A stretch of DNA of 64,000 nucleotides, taken from positions 26,722,001 to 26,786,000 of the forward strand of contig OZ360247.1 in NCBI GenBank assembly GCA_977017645.1, in the 5' to 3' direction. The position numbers and the translations under genes were made by a program. Below are positions 25,518 through 39,300 of this stretch, one piece after another. Every line of letters begins with the position of its first letter. The first letter of the stretch is position 1. This DNA comes from Torpedo marmorata (Eukaryota). The notes beneath the pieces are model-generated. The model saw nothing but the letters and a program-made list of their open reading frames with translations, did not search any database and was not told where the DNA came from.

Positions 25518-28500
25518 ATAGTCATGGTGAAATTGAGATTTCATCAGGATCCCTGTTCTCAGGCTTTTTGCTTTAGTTTCTAGTTTCTTTCAGCATATTT
25601 TAACTTCCTTCTTGAGGACACAAGTTTGTCACAGGTCTGCAAGTGCTGGTCATATTGGTAATAATTCCAACGTGATTAGAAGATCCCAGCTGCAGGAATT
25701 TGGAGTGGAAACATTGCCTAATTTCTACCACCTCCCCACCCTGATGTACCTAAAGGCTAATTTAAGTGGCATCACCAGTGTCTTCCAAGATTCAGTTAAT
25801 GCAGCAACAAGTGAATCTAACAAACTCCTGTTAAACACAACTCAAGGACCTTTTATCCAGTCAGTACAAAGGAACAGCAAGGACGAGAAGGAATTGTGGG
25901 CACCAACATTATTATTTTATCTTTTTGATGATGGTTTTCTTCTTTATGGTTGTTATCTTTTAAAAAGTGTAGGGTTGGTTCAGAGTGTGAAGAGCAGTGG
26001 AGCTTTTTCACTGCGAGTTTGTGAAAGGCCAGTGTCTTAGTGGTTCACTGAAAGAAAACAATTAATGCAAACATATGAAGTACTATTATAAACATCCAGG
26101 TCCATAGAGACAGTGTCAACAAATGCTTTATTTGCGTTATATTAAACTTTGTAGTGTGGACGCAATAACAGCATACATTGCATTCCAATCTAATGACAAA
26201 TTGGCAGAATATTTCATTTATTCCTTCATATTTTGAAAACCAAAGCACTGCATTCTTGCAACAGCAGCTCTCTGGTTGAGATATCCATCCTTAATTATGA
26301 GGAGGCACCACGCCAAACAGATGAACTGCCCTCAAATTATGGTTTCAAATGAATTTGGAATTTAACAGGTTAATTCTTACCTCTGTGACTGCATAGGGAC
26401 TACATACCTCTGGAACAACAAATGCCATAACCATTAGCTGGAGGTTTTGTAGAGTGATTAATCTGTAGTTTGCACAATAGTGTATTTATAAAACCAAATT
26501 CCTGTTCTATGAATAACTACTTTTCCACAAAACTCTTCACTTACCAGAAATTCATGGACCTCGTATGGAAGCAATATCATTGTGGCATCTCTTACTTACC
26601 CAGCTTGTTGCTGGAAATACTAGTGCAACAATGTGCTTCACAGTAACTTAAGATCTATTGGACTGGCAAACAATAATGTCCGCAGCCGAGTTAAAAATTG
26701 CAGTGCAGGCAGAGAGTAATGCAAGAGGAAAAAGCAGGCTCAATTAATAGGAATTTGCACCTACAGGAATAAATGGAGCCAGTGCAAACAGGAAACTATG
26801 CTTACTCTCCAATTCATTCACAAGACGTATGGATTCATCTGCTGTTCAGAACAAATAAGAGTTAATATTTTTGGTGACTTACTGTGCTGTTTTCAATTTA
26901 GAAATTGCATCTCAGGTTTTAATCTCTGACTTCTTCGAAGAAGTTTCCTGTCTTCTGTTTTATTTTCTTGTTCTTTCGAAACAGTAATTACCCTGAAATC
27001 TAATAGGAATGTCTCTTTTTTTTTTTCCAGTGTACACAATTGTTGCTGCAAATGCACAGGTCCCCACAATTTGGCTCACATTAATTTTAAATGCCTCTGA
27101 TTCACAAGGGATTGTTAAGCACGGTTTGTCAAGAATTTTCCATGTGGACCTTGACATTAAAGAATAGGAGCAGGTGGTGGAAATGGCTTTGAAAATACGA
27201 TGTGAAGCTGTCAAAAGGAAATTCTCTTGTGGAGAAATACAAAGCTCAATTTTTATCATGATTTCTCGGATGAGTGGCTATCCTCTTCCTCTTTGCTCAT
27301 CGGGATAGCAACGATCCTTCTTAAAACCAGGAATTGTCATCAAAGAATCCATATTTTTTAACAGAAAGAATGTGGGACTTGAGATCCAACTTTTTTCGCT
27401 GTTTCTCCAGTCCAGGTGTGGCTCACTCCCACAGAGTTGTTCATCCCGTCAGATGGCTTAACTGCAAATCACAACCAGCATTTAAAAATAAAAGAGCTAT
27501 TGCTCTTAAAACGGGCAGAAGGTTATGGCCTGTTTTAGGAGGAATCAATTGTAACCAGATGCCACTCAAATGAGGCACAGCAGGTTTTATATGGTTTTAG
27601 CACTTTTACTGCCGTGTGTTGTTGGAGTGGTTGAATGTTTGGATGCAAACGTTTTTCACAAATGTCCTTCCTCAATAATAACAAATGTCTCAATCACTCA
27701 GACCAAAATCGCCTGACATTTCCTTTGCAATTCTGTGCACACTTTTCTCTTATTGCTAGTGTTCTGGAAACTACTGTTCGTATTGATGTAGAGGACAAAG
27801 TTCTGTTGGTTCACAAGATCACAAGATATTGGAGCAGAAGTTGGCCCACCGAGTCTTCTCCGCCATTCTAATCATGAGCTGATCCATCCTCCCACTCAGA
27901 CCCACTCCCCGTAACCCTTGATGCCCTGACTAATCAAATACCTGTCAATCTCTGATCATCTCTGGTTACCTACTTCCTTGACCATTCACTTGTATTTTCA
28001 TTTTAATTTAGAGATACAACACGGTAACAGGCCCTTCTGGCCCATGATGCCCAAATACACCCAATTAGATCATCTTCTGTCTACTCTCGGCTTCTGCCTT
28101 TCTCAGGTTATATTCAGAGAAAAGAAAACTGGTGCTGTTCCAAGGAATGTAATTCAGAACTTCAAAAATTTCCATTGCTCATCCTCAACACGAAACCCAA
28201 AAATAATAGTGTTTGACATAGCACATGATTACTGGGTTGGACTTGTATATTGTATTGCTCAATGTCATCTTGGGAGTGGAACGGCTGAATATTTGCCATT
28301 GGGCTCTCGGACTTGGATTTGAACTGCCACTTGATCTGGAAAGGGATAATTATCCTTTCAAGCTACAAGAGACCTACTCAAACTAAACCTAGGCACTCTT
28401 GAATATGGTTTTTGTGGGCATGGGGGCTCACTGTGAAGAACATAATTCAAAGCTAAGTGTCTGCCTTGGACAGATGCTGGTGTAAACTAAGCGCAATGTT

Positions 28501-28866
28501 GGTCTCGTGCAGTGTTCCACAACACTGGTATTTCCTCACTTGGAAAAGTTGCTTCTCCACATAATCACATATGAGTTCCATGGGTGAACAAAGCTTTGAG
28601 GCTCATGGCTTCTCTGCAAGTGGCACAACGCTTGTCAACTTGTTTGTCTATAAGTTGTCGAAAGTTCTCTGGCCAGAGAGAAGGTTTATATCCAGTGCCT
28701 TTAGTTCTCGGCAAAGATTTCAGCAGCCATTTGAGAATATGAAGCATGGAGTGTTGAAGAAAGGTTTGAATATACATAAAAAAGCAGAAAATTGATTACT
28801 AAAAGCAAAGTATATTCCTTGTTATTTGGGTAGGTAGATGAATATTCAAAGATATCAAATATTTAC

Positions 28867-29039
28867 CTGTCTTTCTGTGAGATCCAGGTTTACTGCTATC
28901 TCGTATCGCCTCAGTCTAGTCAAATAATTATGATGGGCAAATTCAGCCTCCAGTTCTCGAATCTGTTCTTTAGTGAATGCTGTCCTTTCCTTTCTGGCCT
29001 TGTTGTTGGATTCTGACTTGTAATTTGAATCTTGAGTTT
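28867..29039 (-). CDS. MEOX1: MEOX1 coding exon 2 (homeodomain helices 1-2)
   Basis: 173-nt exon, acceptor TTGCAG| and donor CAG|GTAAAT, phase compatible with exon 1. Translates (E)[57 protein letters not shown], a MEOX homeodomain. Absent from the ORF track; read manually. Confidence 0.97.
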
Positions 29040-29982
29040 CTGCAACAAGTTATAACAGCGTATGGTTACAAATGTCATCCATGCTTCCTTGAGCTCTGCA
29101 GTGCTTGTGTATGAAATTCAACAATGTAGGTGTTAAAACAAATTTCCCTTTGCCTGTTTCAATCACGAAGGATCCTGCAACAAAACTCAAAAGAACAGCA
29201 GGAAACTATCAGGGTTTCCTGACAACATTCCACCCACAATCACCACTGCAAAATAGATTTGCTTATACAACACTACCACACATCATAAGCAATGTGTTAC
29301 CTGAAATCTTTGACACGGTGCTGAATCAATAGTTAAAGTTTTATAAAGTTTGCAAATTTCAGATTTATTGCCAGGGTACATGACATCACATACAACCCTG
29401 AGATTCTTTTTCCTGTGGGCACGGCAGAAGGGCTCAAGCCCGAAATGTCAGTAATATATCTTTACCCCCTATAGACGTTGTGAGACCACCTGAGTTCCTC
29501 CAGCATTTCTGTGTTTTGACTACAATCACAGTGTCTGCAGACTTCTATGTTTCACAGAATTTCTACTTAAAGTTATTATTTATAATGGCTGGTTGACTTG
29601 AATTCTACTTGATGATTCAAATACCCACAATAATAGGAAACTTGCAGTAACACTTTGCACCTTCAAGATGTCTGATATTAAGTTAAAGTCAATAACTTAA
29701 TTTTAAAGTGCAGGCCTGTCGAAAAATGGTGTTAGGCGGATTGTGTACAATAAGATTTCTCCTCCTCCAAAAAATACTATCGGGGCAATCCATTGGAAAT
29801 TGCTGGTTGAAGGTTGAATAATTGCATCTTGGGAAAATATATTAGTTCTTCAAACATTTTCATGGGATTTCATTGAAGTCCACTTGCATTTAGCATTTTC
29901 AAAATAAAGAAGTAGAATGAAGCTTGAGCTCAAAGCTTTACAACAACAAAGGCAAGAGTAAGAATATCTGTCACTTAAAGTT

Positions 29983-30690
29983 TCTCTGTGGCTCAGTTGG
30001 TAGTACTCAGACAGAATGTTGGGAGCTCAATTTTGCTACCCGGCTGTTGTGTCGGAAGGGAAAAGTTCAGTGGGTTCAAATAATAGCAGGTCTGGATACA
30101 GGCTGAATGCAGAAATAATCTTTATTGAAACACACGTAAGGGGACCGCAACAGGGATAACACACACAAGTATTCTCAATCACACAACACAGTGCAGCCAG
30201 TCACATCGGACTTAACACTACCGATACCAGCAACTGCTTACACTCTCACAAGCACAGTACAACCCAGTCACATTGGACTTAATACAACCGATACTGGCAA
30301 CTGTTTATACAGACTTATCACACACAGTTGGTAGTACTCAGGCAGAATGTTGGGGGCTCAATTCTGCTACCTGGTTTAAGTGCCAATACTCAATGGATGC
30401 TCCAGTGCAATGCAGCAGAAGTGTTGCATGGTTGGAGGTGCCATCTTTGGATGGGAGATTTTAAACCAATAAACTTCTTATTGTAGATCCCATGGTAATG
30501 TTCAGAATAACGACAGAGGTGGTAAGATCAATGTTCTGCTCAATATTTATTCCTCAACCTGACTGAAACAGTTTATCTAATCATTATTTGTTTTTGTGGG
30601 AACTCATTGTGTTCCAATCAGTGCTCCCAACCATGTAAAATACTATACTTTAAGAAGAATTCACTAACTGTAAGACACTTTTGATGCCCT
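29983..30690 (+). mobile_element. Ancient tRNA-headed DeuSINE/SacSINE1-like element, interrupted at 30045-30324
   Basis: tRNA-like head GTGGCTCAGTTGGTAG and body GGAGGTGCCATCTTTGGATGGGAG...AAACC resembling the recalled Deu-SINE core; similar decayed copies at ~4790-5150, ~36100-36330 and ~62340-62835. Confidence 0.5.
30045..30324. mobile_element. Probable truncated LTR fragment
   Basis: Starts TGTTGTG, has a minus-strand AATAAA (~30121) and two ~66-bp internal tandem units; flanked by a 50-bp direct duplication. Confidence 0.45.
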
Positions 30691-32574
30691 GGAAAATATG
30701 GTGTCAAATAACAGAGAGTTTGTCTCTTTTTAATCTGCCAACATAGTTTTATTATGATTTTTTTGATGAATAAAACTAGTAAATCAGATTAAAATTGCTC
30801 CCATTGTTGGTTAACAAGATTAGCCTATTTTGGGACACTGCACCTCTCCTGAACTTCATGTCAGATGTTGATGGGTATTGCATGCCTCACTGAGGAATGA
30901 TTTCATTGCTGATCCTGGTTACATCTCAAGTGATATTCAACAGTTGATTGCAATGTGGGACTAATTTTTGAATTATACTGCAATTAACATTGGGATTGCT
31001 TTGGCAACAGCCCAGCAAAGACATCATGGGCCCAAGAGCATTCTTTTAGGATCTAAACATCTATAGTCTTTGTGATTTTTATTTACTTTGTCCTCTGCAA
31101 TTAATGAGCAGATGGTAACATAATGACAGTGGTGGGAGACTTCTGATTGCACCTACAAAAATAATGGAGCAATGTCCTTCTGATTACATACTAGATAGAA
31201 ACAGAAGAACAATCTGAATTAATTTGGAGTTCACATCTTTGGGATGCCTCGATATACTTCACAGCAACCTAGCATTTCATTCACAGATGAAGAAAATTTA
31301 AAGTTATTATTTCATAATTTCTAGTGACTACAAAATCCTACTCCAGTTTCTTAATGTAATGGCAACTCATCCATTTTGTCAAAGTTACTATTTTCCATTT
31401 CTAATAGTTTCTAACTTTTTTCCCTTCTGAAATTTCCCAGTAAAAATGTTCTTAGGCCAATTACCATAACCCTATCACCTGCTGCTTCAACTTAGATCAG
31501 CAAATTAAAAACGAACCAAACTCAAGGCTCTCCTGACCTGTAAGGAGCAGTATCAAGCTAGAAAACTTGTCTAATTTTTTTACGTCTGAAAAATATCTTG
31601 ACTCACCTTGTACTATTCTTACCCCTGACTCAGAGGTTGGTGAAATCAATAACACCTCAGAGATTTCAGCAGAGGTTCTAATAAGCAGTCTCTCCAATGC
31701 AGTGCCAAAGAACTGCTCCACTGCCAGTTGCGTTTACCTTTAAGATGGACTTATTGTATTCCTTGATCCTATTCAGATTCCTCCTAATAACCTGTACAAT
31801 GTACTTTTCACAAACTCTGAGACATCCAATGGTCATAACAGGCAATGCATAAACACAACTTCCTTCTTCTTTGCCAGCTCAATATATACAATTACATTTG
31901 GTGTAATGTATTGAAATTGGACTGTTTAAGGTACAGCTCTAACTTTGTGCGCAACAGCCAAATAGTATCTGCAAACAAGGACCAATCCACATAGTTCCAT
32001 CTTGCATTGAGCATGCGGTAGAATGGCAATGATTAAGGAAGACATCTGTGTCTAGAAGGTGTAAAAACAAAAGACTTGCAGAGCCAAACTCAGCAAGGAA
32101 GAAATTTATCTTAATTGCGATGACCTCAACCATGGCAGAATTCCAAATGCCATCTGCTTTACAAAAAAAACTCATGCTATTTCCTCCATCAATCCTTTTT
32201 TTGAAATCCACACTCCAAGTTACACATCTCCAGCACAAATAAAAAACAGAACTAAAAGGTGCAGCATGGTTCCGACGCACTGAACCATCAATACAGTGAC
32301 TCACTGACTTGTTAAAGAGGAAATCCACCTTCAGAGCTGCAAGAGATTTTATTGTAAGCTTGACTAAATCTCCCATATGGAAAAGGAACTCTGATTGCAA
32401 CAATACAAATTTGGCAAGAACAGCACCAAGTGAAAGCCAGGCTTCCTCTTGAAATGGAATAGGAAAAAAATTGGACAATCATTCTTTTGTGGATGTTCAC
32501 ACAAATGTAAATTTGACCACTTTCAAAAGGGAAACTTAACACACACATACTACATGTAATAGCACACATGTGCT

Positions 32575-33000
32575 ATCAGGCTTCCTGATCGTGTCAGAGG
32601 TTTGGATCTGGAGCTTGGGTTGCCAATGTTTTGAACAGGAGTCTGTGGGAACACTGGAGGCGAATCCAAGGACGCTCAGTGACCCTGAAGGGACTCTAAT
32701 TTTTTTTTTAAAGTTTAGACATACAGCACGGTAACAGGCCCACGAGCCCGTTCTGCCCAATTATACCCAATTGACCTACAACCCCCGGTACGTTTTGAAT
32801 GGTGGGAGGAAACCAGAGCACCCGGAGGAAACCCACACAGACATGCAGAGAACATACAAACTCCTTGCAGACTATCTTTTGCTTCTCTTTCTCTCATACT
32901 GTAAGGAGCGCGGGGCGACACTAATGACGACTCTTTGTCTGCCTTGCGGCAGGCAGAAGGCGATTTTGTGTAATACTACATGACAATAAAGGAATCTCGA
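32575..33000 (+). mobile_element. 5'-truncated copy of the unclassified repeat, interrupted by a minus-strand SINE fragment (32705-32873)
   Basis: Family sequence stops at gggactct (~32698) and resumes at tcttttgcttctctt (~32875); tail ACATGACAATAAAGGAATC. Confidence 0.72.
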
Positions 33001-33069
33001 ATATTTTTAATGATTATGAGGGGAGGCATAATGATATGAGTTTATTGTCATATACATTGTACAATGTAC

Positions 33070-33306
33070 ATATTTAGACATGCAGCACGGTAACAGACCC
33101 TTTCGGCCCGTGCCATCAAATACACTAATTGACCTACACCCCCAGTACGTTTTATTTGAACGGTGGGAGGAAACCGGAGCACCCGGAGGAAACCCACACA
33201 GACATGGGGTGAACGTAAAAACTCCTTATGGACAGCGCGAGATTGGAACCCCGGTCGCTGGTGCTGTAGCACCGTTGCACTGACCGCTACGTTAACCGTG
33301 CCACCC
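33070..33306 (-). mobile_element. V-SINE/HE1-like SINE
   Basis: Match to the family consensus seen in other copies. Confidence 0.82.
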
Positions 33307-36300
33307 TTTTTTTTAGCACTGAAATTCTTACTTGCTGCAGCCCAACAGGTACTTTGTAAAAAAAAACTACAAAACCACAATAGTATATTTTATTGAATTA
33401 AAAAGAGGCAATAAATACAAAAAATAGATAGATAATAAATATTGACAGTAAAGGAGAGATGTTGCGACATCTTACAGCAGCTTATCTGGCTGGAGAAAAA
33501 ATGTCTATGTTAGCAGTGTTACTATGTGTGGATAGGAAACAGTGTTATTTCCCAGACTGACACTTTCACTTATTCATTACAACAGACCATCTTTGAGACT
33601 TTATATACATTGTCACAAATGGAGCAGAGACTTTCTCCTGGGTATTGTTCTTTCAATGTAGCATAAACCAACCACCAAGCTACAAAAGGCTATTAGACCT
33701 CTTCTTCCACTGAACATCATTAAAAAATAATTTTGCTCAACTGTAATTTATTTGTCTGAAATTAACCAGAAGCAATGTTATAATATAACTATATCAAAAC
33801 TTCATTACTGCTTAGTTTTTCATCTTTATGTATGTCAAAATGAGGACCTTTGGTGGAAAATCAAGAACATTTTTATTATTTATCATTCATTCATTGGAGG
33901 TGGGTATAGTTGGCAATACAATCATTTATTGTACATCCCTAATAGCCCCTAAAGAGAGCAGTCTGTTAAGAATCAACCACCTTGGTAGGTCTGTGGCCAC
34001 ATCTAGGCAGATTCCTAAACTCTGAAGAATTTTTGAACTAGAAGGGTTTTTACAACAATCAAATTTTGTGTTTTTTTTAAAAATTGACATTTAAAAAAAA
34101 AAAGAACTTGAATTTGAATTCCCAGGTGGCATGGTGGTATATGATTTCATGCCTCTGGATCAGCAATCCCGAACTCTGTTTGTGGTCTTGTAACATCACC
34201 ACTATGTTACCATACTAGGGAGTACACAGAGTTGGGATAAGTTTGAGATGAGGTTCAGGAGAAATGTCTTTATTTAAAAAATTATAGATCTGTGGAATTG
34301 TCTACCCTAGAAGGTCATCCTTCAGGCTGTTCGATATACAGAATTTTTGGATAATTAAGAGAATCACGAGACATTGGGTTCTGGTGAGGACATTGGCATA
34401 AGGTATGGGAGCATCTATGATGATGGAGAAAGAAGTACAAGGGGCCACGTAGCATAATCTTACTCTTTTTATATTCCTTTGGATTGGAATACTTTCCATT
34501 GAATATTAGGCTTAATTGGTTGGTGACTGGGTAGCACCAAAATACATTTAAGAATCCTATTGTCACAACTGTAGTAGATTACACCAGAGACCCATCACCA
34601 CTTTAAAATAAATAACCAGGAGATGGACATTCAAATGCAGTTGCCTTCATTGCCCATATCCCAGAAACAAATGGAATAAATAATTCAAAGTGTAGGTCCT
34701 ACTACACCAACTCTAATCATGCCAGACTTCAATAACATTCTCTACACCACAATGTCAACGCTTCCAGATTGGCTATCGTTTATCTCTTTCAATAGCATTT
34801 CAAATTAACACCAAGAAACAGATATCTCTCCTATTCTTTTAGAATCAATTGGACTTTAGTGAAACACAAATGTCTGCAGAAGCTGTGATTGTAATAAAAA
34901 TGCACCGAAATGCTGGAGGAACTTGCAGCGTCCATAGTAGACAAAGATATATTGCTGACGTTTTGTGCCTGAGCCCTTCTTCAAGGACTTTAACCCAAGT
35001 TTCTTGGAACAAAGGTAAGTGTTTTATTCCATTCTATTAGTGAGCTCCAGGCAATTATTCCAATAGAGGCACTGAACTACTCATGTTATAATATTTCTAT
35101 TAAAATAGCAAGAAGAAAAATGTTGCTGTGATCTTAATATTCCAAATGGGAACAAGGATGACAATTATTTCCAGAAAGACAGATGACTTCCACAATGTTC
35201 ATTACTTTATGAACTGTTCTTCATTCATTCAGATGTTAACAAGATGCAATGATAAAAAATCCAACCCTATACCAATGTTCCACCAGTAATGTCTTGCAGT
35301 AAAAAACTGTGATGTAGATGCACATCTGATGTGAGGATGAACATAAAGTATAAAATCCATAACTAATCCAGAACTATTACCTATGAATGAAATGCAGATC
35401 ATTTCAGCTTGGACCTTTTAAAGATGACATTTTTATCACAGCATTGATCAGAAATTGTTACTAGATTACAAATTCTGCAATACCATTGCCCTGCCAAGTG
35501 TCACTCACTAAAACTAATTTCCGTACGAGCCAGCCATGCACTTTGGCTTTGCTCAAACAAATCAATGTTATTCCATATGGTTACTTGGCAAGCAGTAAGG
35601 CACATTTCTGCAGATCATTCACTTCCCTCTTGATAGCTCTTCAGGTTAACGAAGAGACCACTTTAACTCACATCCATGATGCAGTGTTGATACAGTGGGG
35701 AGTGCAACCACAAACAGTATAGTGCCAGTCCAACAGACTGGAGAGCTGAAATGGGCAATAATGAGCAATGGCCCAGTTTACATCCACAACCTGTCCCTCA
35801 CCTCCACTTACTGTTGAAATGATTGGTATGAGCAAGAAGAAATCCAAGTTGTGAGAAAGTTCTATGAAATGGGTTGCTAATACTTTTTCTATACCGTGAA
35901 GAAGAGCTCAGGACTGAAACGTTGGTAATATATCTGTACCTCCTATGGACACTGCGAGACCTGCTGAGTTCCTCCAGCATTTCAGTATTTTTGATAATTC
36001 CTGATCACCAATTTGCCCAAGGCTAATTTCACCCTTGAAGTCATGACACCTGTCAGTTGTGAACCTCCGGTCCCTGCCTTCGAGCAAGCAGAGATCCCAT
36101 GGCATTGGTTCAAAGAGAAGCAGCTGTGTTTTCCCTGGTGTTTTGGACAATATCCCTCAAACACCTAAACCAGATTATCTGGTCATTATCACAATGAGGA
36201 ACTTGCTGCACACAAATCAACTGCAATGTTTCCTAATTTCACTAGTGACCACAATTTATATGTACCTAATTGGCTGTGAAGTGCCTTGGGATGTACAAAG

Positions 36301-39300
36301 GTAAATGCAAACAATTCCGTTCTTTCTCAAGCATCATTGCAGAAACTTCAAAAAGGAGGGAAAAATGTCACAATTATGGCTTTTAGACATAAGTACCGAG
36401 AATTTCCCATCATCAATTTGCATACTTACCCTCTGGAGTGGCCGTTCACACAGGAAGGACAATTACACTAACTTCCTGCGTTGCGGTGATTTCGGAGGGT
36501 GGACGTCGTATTCATTAGCTCATTGTTGCGGACCGTCTGCAGTTCAGTTTAGACTGCAGGCAGTCCGCAAAATTGTCTAGGGCTGCTGCAAGAAAAACGT
36601 CAGGATGGAAATCGCGCAAAATTTGCGAGAATTTCCCGTTACGCAGCGGCTGTGTATAAGTCATAAATAATTACAATTCAATGCCGAGAACACTAAGTAT
36701 AAATTTCCCCACAGTTTGCTGATCTTGTATCAGGAGACCTCTAACAGCAAGTACAAAAATACATCTGGTTAACGTATACTTTTATTTTAAACTGTGAAAA
36801 TGAAGTACCAGTGATTGACCGCAGCGGCCTGGCATGAAATTCTTCCATCTCTGGGTCAGAATCAGTGTCCAATTTCGTCATAAACTAAAATGTTTATGGT
36901 TTATGTGAGATATTTAAGATGCAAGATCACCTGGGGATTTGAATATGAAGACTGCCAAAATTACACATGTTTTAGCATTAACAAAGGCAAAATCATCATT
37001 AACACAAAGGGATGGTACGCATCATTAAATAACAAAACAAACTGCAGATGCTGGATATCTTGGATTCAAACAGAAAATGCTGGAAATAGCTGATTGGACA
37101 GCATGTGTGGAGACTGTTAACTCTGCAGGGCGAGATCGGTTAACTTGGGGTTTCTCCCTCCACAGAGTCTATGACCCAATCAGTACATCAAGCATTTTCT
37201 GTTTTTATTCAAATTTTAGAAATGGAAGCACTTGCACTGGTTTTTCTCCTGAAGTTGAGATGACATAATATTTGTGATTCTGAAACACGCTCTCTAGCCT
37301 GTATTGCTATTTATTTTTTTATTTGAGCCCACCCTGCTCCCAAATGTCTTTCCTTCCAACCAAATCTATGTTTAAATCTTAAAATCATCTCTACTTTCAA
37401 TATTAAGTTAAGTAATGCATTCCACAGCCTAAATCTTAAATGTATACTTCATTCTTTTTGTATATGCTTTATCTCAAGATCCGTAATCAAATGTATGGCC
37501 TTTATTGGGTGGGAGATTTTCTTCTCAAAGGCAGCTTGTGCTTATCAACTTATGGTCCATTGTTCAACCCGGACTCCTTAGTCCTTGGAAATAATCAAAA
37601 TATTTTTTATAATCTTTCTTCATAATTTTAAACATCCCAGTTAAATTATTCTTACAGGAAAAACACAACGCTGAAGAAACTCAGTAGGTCCTACCGTGTT
37701 TCTCCAGCATTGTGTTTTTATTGCAGTCACTGTGTCTGCAGACGTTTGTGTTTCACTCTAAATCACTCTTATAGCTCCTTGTTATAACATAACACTGTTA
37801 TTTTTGTGTTAGTATTTCCTCATGTCAATCAATATCCCTGTAAGTCTATGCTCCATTATTTCTATTTCTTCCACGTCTCCCTCGTGTGAAGACCTAGGAC
37901 TGCATTCAGTGATACAACTATCTTCTGATGTTGAATGTATGCTTTTTCTCATTTGCAAAGTATTAGGAAACTACATGTTAGACTCACTCACTTGCAATTC
38001 TAGCCCATTATTTTTCTCAGTGTTGTCTCTACGTACTATAACCTACCCAGGCTTGCACAGATGCTAAGCAACAAATTAGACCAGTTGTGCCAAATGATGT
38101 ATTTCTATGTTGTAAAATCTATGTAATTCTGTCTGACTCAGAGTGCTGATGCTGAGTACAAAAGTTATAGCTGGAAAATCATTTTCCAACAACTTGGGTT
38201 CTCACATTAATGGAAAAATGTCATGTTTTTAATTCTAAAAAATGTAATTGAGGAAACAAAGGAGACAAAGCATTGATATATTGAAAGGCTAGTCTGCAAC
38301 AATAGCACTTCCCTTGTACAATTAGCATCTCCTCTATTAATGTTGGCAGAGAGAGTTTCTCAGTTGCGTACAGCCAGGAAAGGCTCAAATGAATTGATCC
38401 ATAAACAAAGTGGATTGTGATTTATTATAACCTTCCCTACCGGATTTCTATGTCATTGTTGGATCAAATGTAGTAACGCGTTGCTTTTAAGATTTTACAC
38501 GAATAAAACCCAAGATGCGTTCATAATATATGGAAACTCTCCTGAAAGAAAAGTTTAGGGAGATTTTACATTCCAGCAGAATTGCGTGACAATGAAGATG
38601 TTTTTTTTATATATACGTCCAGATACAATGTAAACTATTTAAGTTGGATGTTAAAGTGAGATTATTATTTCAAGTCATCTGGTGATCAAGAATTTTCAAA
38701 CGTTGTGAGTTTTGTGTCTTGTGAAATCCAGCCACATCATATTTCTCAACTGCATCCTGGCAGAAGTTTTACTGAACGTAAAGCCACATAAGCAATGATA
38801 TTTTGCAGTCTCAAAGCTACACATTAAAAACTCAGTACGTTTCTTATATTGGCATAAACAGAAAATAATTCACATGTGATGCTTAGAACAAATTTGGTGA
38901 AAACATCTTGCAGGATTTTTACAAACACCAATGCTGCTCAATTGATCCCACTGACATCCAGGTTATTCTTTGCTTTTGATAGTCCAACTATTGAATTTGG
39001 TTGAAAACCAACACCAATTAAAGACAATAATTATTCCTGTTACATCCCTAACTCCATAGATGCCAGAGGATGTTTTGCTTTGAGCATGCTCAGCTCAATT
39101 ACACATATTTTTCCAGTTTATGATTCCTCTTGAAAAGAATTCTATAAAATATTTTGATCTGCTTTTGAGGGATCTGCTTGCAATTTCAGATGTTCACTTA
39201 ATTTAAAAAAAAATTAACAAAGCATTTGAACTCTGCAAATACAGGTACATTGATACTTAAATGAGCAGATAGAAGAAGCATTAACCAAAGTAAAGATCCT

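Noticed and set aside
31939-32478. 179-aa minus-strand ORF in MEOX1 intron 1
   Set aside because: Non-ATG start, no recognisable motif or splice support.
25195-33306. All intronic young SINEs are sense to MEOX1
   Set aside because: Only about four copies; not distinguishable from chance.
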